A stretch of DNA of 16,361 bases from a virus (IMGVR_UViG_3300009979_000063:64001-80361); one strand, 5' to 3'; shown: positions 1-6,595, counted from the stretch's first letter. Translations and numbers: made by a program. The notes: generated from the letters alone by a model not told the origin.

Positions 1-138
1 CTGCTCCCCCGCCAACTCAAGTCTTACACAATTGCGCGTGTATGCAACGAGATTTGTGCAGAGAACCCCAGTCAGGAAGTACCGGCCGTAAACGTCGTCC
101 AAATGCTTGATCGGATCAATTTGGAGGGCCGAAAGTGA
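1..138 (+). CDS. Hypothetical protein, 5'-truncated by the window edge
   Basis: Frame 1 is open from base 1 (LLPRQLKSYTIARVCNEICAENPSQEVPAVNVVQMLDRINLEGRK). Its TGA at 136-138 overlaps the GTG of the next gene (GTGA). Confidence 0.6.
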   Translation: MLPRQLKSYTIARVCNEICAENPSQEVPAVNVVQMLDRINLEGRK

Positions 139-593
139 AATACTGGTACGACACGGAATTCATTGAAGATGGCCGGGTGATTGACCTCATTTCTATAGGC
201 ATAGTTGCCGAAGATGGTCGTGAATACTACGCTGAATCCGCCGAGTTCGATGCAACAAGAGCTAATCTTTTTGTACAACAGTCGGTTTTTCCGCATCTCT
301 ATCATCCATCACTCCGACTACCGCGCAAAAAGATCGCAGAGCAAGTCTTTGATTTTCTAGATTTTCGCCACGGTGTAGAGCTATGGGGCTGGTACTGCGC
401 TTACGATCACGTAGCTTTAGCGCAGCTTTGGGGACCAATGATTAAGATGCCGCAGCATATTCCTTGGTTTACGCATGAAATCGAGCAATTGCGTAACGGC
501 AGACCAGAGCCGGACAGAATCGCCCCGCGTGAGCATAATGCATTGCAAGATGCTCACTGGCATAAGCAGCTTTATGAACACTACGTAGAGTGA
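135..593 (+). CDS. 3'-5' exoribonuclease, DEDDh superfamily (Rv2179c/RNase AS-like)
   Basis: N-terminal YDTEFIEDG...DLISIGIVAEDGREYYA, then WGWYCAYDHV..QLWGPMI and HNALQDA: the DEDDh acidic motifs typical of this family. RBS GGAGG at 123-127. Confidence 0.9.
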   Translation: MKYWYDTEFIEDGRVIDLISIGIVAEDGREYYAESAEFDATRANLFVQQSVFPHLYHPSLRLPRKKIAEQVFDFLDFRHGVELWGWYCAYDHVALAQLWGPMIKMPQHIPWFTHEIEQLRNGRPEPDRIAPREHNALQDAHWHKQLYEHYVE

Positions 594-596
594 CAA

Positions 597-1571
597 GTGG
601 GCAGACACGCGCGTAAACGAAAGTTGCCGAAACATATCATTGTTAGTGCGTTAGTAGCTTCTATCGCCTTAACTACGGTCAGCGGTCTGTACGCAGAACC
701 AGCACTCGAATATGTAGCAGTAGACCAAAGTCAGATAGTCAACGCCGCGCAAATGCGCAAGCTTATTGAAACTAGTGCTCAAACCGTTGTGACGCTGACA
801 GATGTTTATAGCGCAGCGCGCGATCTGTCAAAACAATTAGAAGTACCGGAAACAGTTTTAATCAATGACTACCTGGCGCAATATCCAGTTCCGTCTACCG
901 CCAAGCTCAAGTGCGACCAAGGATTCATTGCTGTAGATAGCGTTGTAACTCTACCAGATGGAAGCTTTATCAGCGAACCCACCTGCTACAGGGCAAAACA
1001 GCAAGTTGAAGAAAGCGTCACGGGATTTAACGCCGACATTGATCTATCAAATTATTCGTCCAATGCGAAAGATAGAGGTTGGGGAAACGGCTGGCCCGCA
1101 GCCCGATCCGATATTGTTCCTGTTAGTTACAACGGTAGCAATGTAGCTGTTCTCGTTAACAAGAGTATTGCTGAACTTACACAAATACTCATTAATGAAA
1201 CAACCCGGCGCTATGAGATCAAAAGCTTGGGAGGATATAGTAACCGCCCTATTGCAGGGACAAGGGTAGCTAGTAATCATAGTTGGGGATTGGCGTTGGA
1301 TTTCAACCCGGCGGAAAATCCACAGCAGCGTACTCTTGTTACTGATATTCCAGACGACGTTATTAGTCTTTGGAAACGTTATGGATTCGCATGGGGAGGC
1401 AACTATAAGCAAGGAACGTTGCTTGATCCGATGCACTTTGAATTCATGGGTACTCCGGCAGACGCTAAGACATTGACAGATACAGCTAGAGCTGAATTTG
1501 TTGACCCGCCCAAAATTGTCGACATTCCTGCTATACTTGAACCTGTAACTGACTTAATAGGAGTGAACTAA
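597..1571 (+). CDS. M15-family (M15C-like) Zn peptidoglycan peptidase with an N-terminal signal/anchor segment; lysin-like
   Basis: GGYSNR...SNHSWGLALDFN...WGGNY...DPMHFEF gives the H, D and E-x-x-H-type (here DPMH) Zn ligands. The N-terminus is basic then hydrophobic (MGRHARKRK-HIIVSALVASIALTTVSGLYA). Confidence 0.85.
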   Translation: MGRHARKRKLPKHIIVSALVASIALTTVSGLYAEPALEYVAVDQSQIVNAAQMRKLIETSAQTVVTLTDVYSAARDLSKQLEVPETVLINDYLAQYPVPSTAKLKCDQGFIAVDSVVTLPDGSFISEPTCYRAKQQVEESVTGFNADIDLSNYSSNAKDRGWGNGWPAARSDIVPVSYNGSNVAVLVNKSIAELTQILINETTRRYEIKSLGGYSNRPIAGTRVASNHSWGLALDFNPAENPQQRTLVTDIPDDVISLWKRYGFAWGGNYKQGTLLDPMHFEFMGTPADAKTLTDTARAEFVDPPKIVDIPAILEPVTDLIGVN

Positions 1572-1981
1572 TGACCAACCCACTTAGTTGGACAACCAAC
1601 GACAGACTTGATCCTCGTTCTGTGCCCGGCCGCTTTGCCGGAGAAATACAGACTACGCCAGTCCAATCTTCATTACGCGAAAACATCGTATTGGAGATTC
1701 AGCGTAGCGCTAATGCGAGCGGCGTAAAACTTTTACGTTTAGCTATGGACGTTGATACAATGTTATTGTCTTTCGATATAACTATCGATGGGCAGCCTTA
1801 TACGTATCAGGATACGTATCAAGGCGACTTAGACGGACCGGCATTTATTGACGTCGTTCGTCGCAAAATTCAAGCATTCCAGAAACACCACGCACAGCTA
1901 GATGCTCGTCGTCAGGACCTGGAATACTTTAAGCAAGACCTATATCCAACAGGAGGTAATATATTTAATGGCAGCGTTTGA
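1571..1981 (+). CDS. Hypothetical protein (136 aa)
   Basis: TAATG overlap with the upstream stop; RBS AGGAG at 1559-1563. Confidence 0.75.
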   Translation: MTNPLSWTTNDRLDPRSVPGRFAGEIQTTPVQSSLRENIVLEIQRSANASGVKLLRLAMDVDTMLLSFDITIDGQPYTYQDTYQGDLDGPAFIDVVRRKIQAFQKHHAQLDARRQDLEYFKQDLYPTGGNIFNGSV

Positions 1982-2231
1982 TTGGGACCTAGACAGCGTG
2001 GCTAAGTTCTTAGCACGTAAACTAGACGAAATTGAAGAAGTAGCTGGTGAGCTATACGAATTCGGTAAGCACGCCGTAGACGTTAACACTGATCTTTTCC
2101 GTGAAGGACTAGACGAAGTACGTGACGCCTGGGCAAAGCTAAGCGATGAGGCTCACGATGCCGGTGGCAATCCAGAAAACGTAGATGGCGACCCAGAAGC
2201 CGCAGTACGCGACAATCTAGACAACCACTAA
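1968..2231 (+). CDS. Acidic hypothetical protein (87 aa, MAAFDWDLDS...)
   Basis: Start moved from 1902 to ATG 1968, which follows a strong AGGAGG RBS; the gene is followed by a terminator. Confidence 0.8.
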   Translation: MAAFDWDLDSVAKFLARKLDEIEEVAGELYEFGKHAVDVNTDLFREGLDEVRDAWAKLSDEAHDAGGNPENVDGDPEAAVRDNLDNH

Positions 2232-2241
2232 GGACTATTTG

Positions 2242-2273
2242 AGATAGACCGTCTTCGGGCGGTCTATCTTTTT
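2242..2273 (+). terminator. Intrinsic terminator
   Basis: AGATAGACCGTC-TTCG-GGCGGTCTATCT stem with a UUCG tetraloop, followed by TTTT. Confidence 0.9.
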
Positions 2274-2279
2274 ATTAAG

Positions 2280-2375
2280 ATGACTGTAGAAATCGGTGCC
2301 GCATTAGTGTTTCTCGTACTACTGGTAGCGGCTATAATATTAGAAGTATTGGATGCCTATCGTGCACGAAAGTGA
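2280..2375 (+). CDS. Possible 31-aa single-TM microprotein (MTVEIGAALVFLVLLVAAIILEVLDAYRARK)
   Basis: Clean hydrophobic helix and basic tail, but no RBS and it overlaps the next ORF. Confidence 0.35.
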   Translation: MTVEIGAALVFLVLLVAAIILEVLDAYRARK

Positions 2376-2622
2376 TTTTGACGAATATGTAGAGCCTTAT
2401 GAAGAACCGTATTGCGTTTGCGGGCACAAAGAGTCTGACCATGCAGCTGATTGTAAATGGACTAGGACCCCATTCGCTGACGTAGAAGGCAATGAGGTAG
2501 GCTACTGCTCGTGCGCCGGGTACAGAGAAGGAAAGCGTAGTCGTGGAACCTTAAAGGAAAGGCTACTTAGGAAACTAACGGGTTACCTTGAAAGAAATAG
2601 AATACAAAAAGACGCTGATTGA
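2353..2622 (+). CDS. Small Cys/His putative Zn-binding protein
   Basis: CVCGHKESDH...C...CSC motif. Confidence 0.7.
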   Translation: MPIVHESDFDEYVEPYEEPYCVCGHKESDHAADCKWTRTPFADVEGNEVGYCSCAGYREGKRSRGTLKERLLRKLTGYLERNRIQKDAD

Positions 2623-2926
2623 TTTAGAGTATCAACTGCGCCGGGCGAAATCTGATTGGCGTCATAGCTTGTTCATAAATATTCTGTGGACATTGCCAGG
2701 CTTGATTTGCTTTTGCCTGATCGGTCTTAGCATCTGGTTCGTGATACTTTTTAATACTGCGTGGCTATTCGGTATTCTAGGTGGTCTCTTTGGTTTAGCT
2801 ATTTGGGCGGCCGCCATGGCTGACATTGGCGGATATAAGAGGTTAAATAGCTGGTCTATACACGATATCGAAAGGCAGATAGAGCAGCACAAGCTTTACG
2901 AAAACAGTATAGATTATGAGTTATGA
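2588..2926 (+). CDS. Membrane protein (two TM segments)
   Basis: Long hydrophobic stretch from SLFINILW to AIWAAAMA, flanked by charged coiled segments. Confidence 0.75.
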   Translation: MKEIEYKKTLIDLEYQLRRAKSDWRHSLFINILWTLPGLICFCLIGLSIWFVILFNTAWLFGILGGLFGLAIWAAAMADIGGYKRLNSWSIHDIERQIEQHKLYENSIDYEL

Positions 2927-3015
2927 CTAGCGTGACTAGCGTGTTCTTCTGGGCTTTCATTTGCTTAGCCGCATTAGTATTTCTGATTGCTATCAAAGAT
3001 GACACCCGAAGGTGA
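2923..3015 (+). CDS. 30-aa single-TM microprotein (MTSVTSVFFWAFICLAALVFLIAIKDDTRR)
   Basis: Not in the ORF track. ATGA overlap with the upstream stop, a hydrophobic helix, and it fills the gap before 3019. Confidence 0.6.
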   Translation: MTSVTSVFFWAFICLAALVFLIAIKDDTRR

Positions 3016-3018
3016 CCA

Positions 3019-3234
3019 GTGACAGTTTACGTTGAATACATCATGAAAGACGGATCTAACCGTTGGGCAGTAGAGCCGGTGACAATCGATTCCATCGACA
3101 GCTCATTGCTAGATATTCGAATGGCACTATTCAAGGCTGTTCAATCTAGCTACCCGGCTTTTAACGACCCTTACGAACTAGACATAATTGATATTAAGGA
3201 AAAACTTGAAGATTTCTTCGTTCCTAACAACTAA
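3019..3234 (+). CDS. Hypothetical protein (71 aa)
   Basis: GTG start after GAAGGTG; lies within the operon. Confidence 0.75.
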   Translation: MTVYVEYIMKDGSNRWAVEPVTIDSIDSSLLDIRMALFKAVQSSYPAFNDPYELDIIDIKEKLEDFFVPNN

Positions 3235-3424
3235 CGACTTCATAGCTGGACTTCTGTTGGCCGGTTGGATAAGCCGCGACGAATTCAAGGCGGCGTGGGA
3301 GAAATACCCTAAAGAAGTAAAGAACGATATTATAGACGAAATGTTGGAGATTTTAGATGCAGCCTACCCAATGGGAACCAGGCGACCCGGTTTACCCGGA
3401 TCAGAACCCGCGCAATCAGACTGA
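3206..3424 (+). CDS. Hypothetical protein (~72 aa; start uncertain)
   Basis: TTG at 3206 follows AAGGA and is in frame with the track ORF 3188..3424. Confidence 0.65.
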   Translation: MKISSFLTTNDFIAGLLLAGWISRDEFKAAWEKYPKEVKNDIIDEMLEILDAAYPMGTRRPGLPGSEPAQSD

Positions 3425-3527
3425 AATTATTACTACCTGCGGAAAATGCAGATTTTCCTTCATCGAAACCGAGGGATTAAATCTGCCCTGCCCTCAATGC
3501 AATCATAGGTTAGGCGATGCCAGCTAG
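3357..3527 (+). CDS. 56-aa Zn-ribbon protein (MQPTQWEPGDPVYPDQNPRNQTEIITTCGKCRFSFIETEGLNLPCPQCNHRLGDAS)
   Basis: Not in the ORF track. GGAG RBS 7 nt upstream of the ATG, a CxxC-x13-CxxC motif, and it fills the 3425-3516 gap. Confidence 0.7.
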   Translation: MQPTQWEPGDPVYPDQNPRNQTEIITTCGKCRFSFIETEGLNLPCPQCNHRLGDAS

Positions 3528-3786
3528 AGATTATTTCGGCCGTAATACGAAGATAGGCGACATAGTAGTTTACGGGGTATCAACTCAAGGAATCAGTACA
3601 AGAGTCGGTATAGTAGATAAAATCAATGCAGACTATACTGTCAGAGTCAAACTGATTAGCAAAGAGTACATACCGAAGTATCTTCCTGATTCCACCGGCA
3701 AGATGAAATACAGTGGTCGAGAGTGGACAGGAAAGTGGCTAGCCGAAGGGCTACGGAAGACCCGCAATATACGTCATTGTGTCTGA
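3517..3786 (+). CDS. Hypothetical protein with a predicted SH3-like beta-barrel
   Basis: RDYFGRNTKIGDIVVY...GIVDKIN pattern typical of small phage beta-barrel proteins. Confidence 0.7.
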   Translation: MPARDYFGRNTKIGDIVVYGVSTQGISTRVGIVDKINADYTVRVKLISKEYIPKYLPDSTGKMKYSGREWTGKWLAEGLRKTRNIRHCV

Positions 3787-3809
3787 TACTGAGCAGGTGC
3801 CGAGAGAAA

Positions 3810-3974
3810 ATGACATCCTTAGATAGTTGTGACGGACCTTTGGTTTGGTTCGATGTCGACATGCTAGACGGTAGCAAACAAGCAATATTGGAGTGTGGCA
3901 ACTGTCCTTACATAGTTGTTACCGGCAATTGGAATGACCACAGGCACAATGAAACACCTGTCTTGAAACCATAA
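3810..3974 (+). CDS. 54-aa putative Zn-binding protein (MTSLDSCDGP...CGNC...HRH)
   Basis: Start moved to ATG 3810 after GAGAG; Cys/His ligands; ends at the terminator. Confidence 0.7.
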   Translation: MTSLDSCDGPLVWFDVDMLDGSKQAILECGNCPYIVVTGNWNDHRHNETPVLKP

Positions 3975-4004
3975 AGGCCGGACCCATTGCGGGTCCGGCC
4001 TTTA
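3972..4004. terminator. Bidirectional hairpin terminator between convergent genes
   Basis: TAAAGGCCGGACCC-ATTGC-GGGTCCGGCCTTTA: a 14-bp perfect stem with short A/T runs at both ends. Confidence 0.85.
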
Positions 4005-4008
4005 GCTC

Positions 4009-4926
4009 TTAGCTGATGTTCTTGTAGAGATTCAGCTTTCGGTAAGCGTGATGCGCTCTTTCGCTACCGGCACTTGCCGCATAAATCTCTAGCATTTTTC
4101 GTGATTCCCACCCCATGATTCGCATTAGATCAGTTTCTCCACCGCCCGACATCAGCCAGTTATGCGCGAAAGTATGCCTGAACTTGTGTGGATGCATGTG
4201 CACTCCGCTTTCAGCCTGCACTTTGCGAAACAGAATTGAAATGCCGCTGGCAGTCAAAGAGCCACGTTCACCTAGCCAGAGTTTGTCGCCTTCGTGCCAA
4301 TAACTAGAACGTTCACGCATGTAGTGCCTAAGCGCTAGACCGCATTTAGGACCGAACGGAATCGTTCTATCTTTGCGTCCCTTACCGTGAACGTGCACGG
4401 TGTAATGAACAAAGTCAACGTCGTCCGGCTTAAGCTTTGCTACTTCACCGAGTCTAGCGCCAGTCTCTAGAAATACTCGCAGAATTGCAGTATTCCGCCG
4501 GGCCTGGAACTTAGTGAACTTGTATCTAGCTGCTCTAAGCATACGTTCTATTTCAGCATCAGTAAATACTTCTACAGGCTGAACAGGAACCTTCGGCTTT
4601 TCAAGTTTGGACATCGGAGACTTGGGAAGTTCTTCAACTTCGGTCATGTACTTCCAGAACTGCTGCAAAGCGCGCCAACGTCCGGCAATGGTTTCGCTAG
4701 ACATCTTGGTGTCAGCTTTTTGTCCCGGCTGATCGCGCAGCCAAGCGAAATACGCATTTACGGCCGGTAGACGAACACGTGTCGGGTCATCTGGTAAGTC
4801 ATTCGCTTTAAGCCAGGCAGCAAAATAACCTAGATTACGAATATACCAGTCGACAGTAGTCTTTGACTTATTTTCAGCGAGCAAATGCATACGCCAATAC
4901 TTAGCGTATTCGTCAAAGTCTGCCAC
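4009..4926 (-). CDS. int: Tyrosine recombinase/integrase, XerC/D-like (core-binding plus catalytic domains only)
   Basis: Catalytic set: R (ETGARLGEV), K (HGKGRKDR), HxxR (HKFR), W in place of the second His (MGW, as in Cre/Flp) and Y (MLEIY). 305 aa. AGGAG RBS before the GTG. Confidence 0.95.
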   Translation of the reverse strand: MADFDEYAKYWRMHLLAENKSKTTVDWYIRNLGYFAAWLKANDLPDDPTRVRLPAVNAYFAWLRDQPGQKADTKMSSETIAGRWRALQQFWKYMTEVEELPKSPMSKLEKPKVPVQPVEVFTDAEIERMLRAARYKFTKFQARRNTAILRVFLETGARLGEVAKLKPDDVDFVHYTVHVHGKGRKDRTIPFGPKCGLALRHYMRERSSYWHEGDKLWLGERGSLTASGISILFRKVQAESGVHMHPHKFRHTFAHNWLMSGGGETDLMRIMGWESRKMLEIYAASAGSERAHHAYRKLNLYKNIS

Positions 4927-5048
4927 TACTGCTCCTAAAGGGTCGCCTTGCAGCGCTTGGGCATCGAACGCAGAACAAGAGACTACAAGATCAACTCAGC
5001 GTGTGCTAGCACGCAAACGTGCAGCTCAGCCTACTAGAGCAAGTATCG

Positions 5049-5070
5049 GCTTAGCCCGAATGGGCTAAGC
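5049..5070. repeat. Perfect 9-bp inverted repeat immediately 5' of the tRNA fragment
   Basis: GCTTAGCCC-GAAT-GGGCTAAGC. Confidence 0.9.
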
Positions 5071-5071
5071 A

Positions 5072-5105
5072 ACTTCTAATCTCTGGGTCGCAGGTTCGAG
5101 TCCTG
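5072..5105 (+). other. tRNA-Arg(UCU) 3'-half fragment; candidate attP common core
   Basis: CTTCTAA anticodon loop (TCT at 5075-5077), TCTCT 3' stem, GGGTC variable loop and GCAGG-TTCGAGT-CCTG T-arm, ~150 bp from the recombinase start. The acceptor stem and the 5' anticodon stem are absent. Confidence 0.75.
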
Positions 5106-5379
5106 GCTTGATCTTCGCTAACGCTCTGACCTGCGCAAACTCGCTTCGCTCGCGGGGGCACTTTAACTTATGTTCGAACGTTTCAGGCTGATAGAGCAAG
5201 AGATTTCCGCAGCTCCAAAGATCAAGTAACGATCGCATAACAGCTCCGGGAAGGTCGTCCAAACGGACTAACGACAGGGCCGGAGGGTTAGGGCTACAAT
5301 GGCCCATGCAGACACTTCCTCTCGTAGTGCTCTGCCGGGTGCTTGACCGGACCCGCACGTAGCCCCCACCACAGGGCTA

Positions 5380-5419
5380 GAACGGGGTCCCTCGCTACAG
5401 GGACCCCGTTCTTCGTTTT
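5380..5419 (+). terminator. Strong hairpin with a T-rich tail on the + strand
   Basis: GAACGGGGTCCCT-CGCTAC-AGGGACCCCGTTC (13 bp), then TTCGTTTT. Confidence 0.7.
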
Positions 5420-5494
5420 CCGGAACTGCTCGGGTCCGGCCTTGCATGCATGCGCCGTAACAGCGTCTCAGAACGCCGCTAACAAGATCAACAG

Positions 5495-5731
5495 TCAGTG
5501 TGCGGTCCGGGTGTCCCGTAGCCCTAGCCGCTCGATCAGAGCCTTCTCGCTGCGCGCACTGAACTGCAAGGAACCGTGTGTCTGATGCCACCCCGGGTTA
5601 ACGTCTGACCAGAAAAACAAGCCTTCGCCGTCCGTATTGGTTCGCCAACGACTAACGACGTCGGTCTCCGAGTCCCGCACCTCCCATGTCCACCCGTTCC
5701 CGTGCTTTTCGATGCTGACCAGTTCGTTCAC
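5495..5731 (-). CDS. Hypothetical protein (78 aa, MNELVSIEKHGNGWTWEV...)
   Basis: GTG 5731 follows a GAAGGAG RBS; Trp-rich beta-strand pattern. Confidence 0.8.
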   Translation of the reverse strand: MNELVSIEKHGNGWTWEVRDSETDVVSRWRTNTDGEGLFFWSDVNPGWHQTHGSLQFSARSEKALIERLGLRDTRTAH

Positions 5732-5746
5732 GACTTTCTCCTTCAC

Positions 5747-5821
5747 TCACATATAGCAGGGCACCGCGCAATTATTGCCGAGATTGACGCACGGATTGCA
5801 GTTGCACCGACACTTTAGCAT
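5747..5821 (-). CDS. 24-aa Cys-rich peptide (MLKCRCNCNPCVNLGNNCAVPCYM)
   Basis: Not in the ORF track. AGGGA 8 nt upstream, 6 Cys in 24 aa, and it fills the intergenic gap within the operon. Confidence 0.45.
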   Translation of the reverse strand: MLKCRCNCNPCVNLGNNCAVPCYM

Positions 5822-5868
5822 ATCTACAGTCCCTGTCTTTGCACTGGCGCTAAAAATACCTTCTTGGG

Positions 5869-6150
5869 TCAGCGGCTTATCTTGCCAATGAAAAGCGCCT
5901 GTACTACCAGCCAATCAACCGCTTCATTTACAGTAGAACAATGAGTTGACGGATAAGGAGTATTGTCTCCGCGCTCGTCGGCTGGGTACCATTCTGTATT
6001 AGTCTGAACCCATAATCCTTCTTTGTCATGGACTTGGGTGGGTTGAAACCTTCCTATATCTTTGTTCTTCCAGAAGACTATTACCCAACCTTGCTCGTCA
6101 TCCCATTCCAGCCGAAAACTCACATTTTGCTTCTGTTCCGCAGTAAGCAT
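5869..6150 (-). CDS. Hypothetical protein (93 aa)
   Basis: GGAG upstream; protein-like composition; co-oriented within the operon. Confidence 0.75.
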   Translation of the reverse strand: MLTAEQKQNVSFRLEWDDEQGWVIVFWKNKDIGRFQPTQVHDKEGLWVQTNTEWYPADERGDNTPYPSTHCSTVNEAVDWLVVQALFIGKISR

Positions 6151-6184
6151 CAGAAACTATCTCCATATTCACGTGCCGAAGGAA

Positions 6185-6422
6185 TTAGACAGGCTTACAT
6201 TTTCTATGCGCTAGTCTCGGACTAAAGACTTCTTCGCACCAATAGCAGCCGATTTGCAAAGTCGCCAAGTTTTCTCTGTCCATGACAAGTTCCTCGCCTT
6301 TTAGCAGGACTTCTTGACTTAATACATGTGCAGTTGCTGCAATCCATACATGATTCACCCGGCCGTTTTGGCTCGAACATTTCGGGCCGGTCTGTCTTAT
6401 TGGACTCAACACGATACCTCAC
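6185..6422 (-). pseudogene. Putative Zn-binding protein apparently split by a +1 frameshift near 6353 (or two overlapping ORFs)
   Basis: GTG 6422 overlaps the upstream stop (GTGA) and reads MRYRVESNKTDRPEMFEPKRPGE. Skipping one base (GGT GAA t CAT) joins it to HVWIAATAH...LQIGCYWCEE...KCKPV. Confidence 0.5.
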
Positions 6423-6595
6423 GAAATAAACTCCAAGTCTTCGGGATTAGTGGCCTTTGCTTGCTGATCCCCGGCATAATGCACAAAGACAACTAGGTCA
6501 TTGACACCACTGATTACTCCGTATTCACGCATTTCAAAGCGAGGAACGTAGACTACCCGTCTGCCGATATTATCTCTAGCCTGATCTAAAGTCAC
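6419..6595 (-). CDS. 58-aa hypothetical protein, SH3-like (MTLDQARDNIGRRVVYVPRFEMREYGVISGVNDLVVFVHYAGDQQAKATNPEDLEFIS)
   Basis: Not in the ORF track. GTG lies 2 nt after the upstream stop; IGRRVVY...GVI..VN...VFV.Y pattern; its stop overlaps the next start. Confidence 0.8.
   Translation of the reverse strand: MTLDQARDNIGRRVVYVPRFEMREYGVISGVNDLVVFVHYAGDQQAKATNPEDLEFIS

Noticed and set aside
5015-5115. A complete functional tRNA-Arg gene
   Set aside because: No canonical 7-bp acceptor stem, the 5' anticodon stem does not pair (AGCAA vs TCTCT), there is a G-G mismatch in the T-stem, and no CCA.
5065-5591. Track ORFs 5065..5358, 5268..5591 and 5343..5585
   Set aside because: No RBS and low-complexity composition. 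The first reads through the antisense of the tRNA T-arm (PGLEPAT), a classic shadow ORF.
6567-6595. Promoter-like GTGACT-N17-TAATAT on the minus strand
   Set aside because: It lies within the start of the 58-aa CDS 6419..6595 in a tightly coupled operon.
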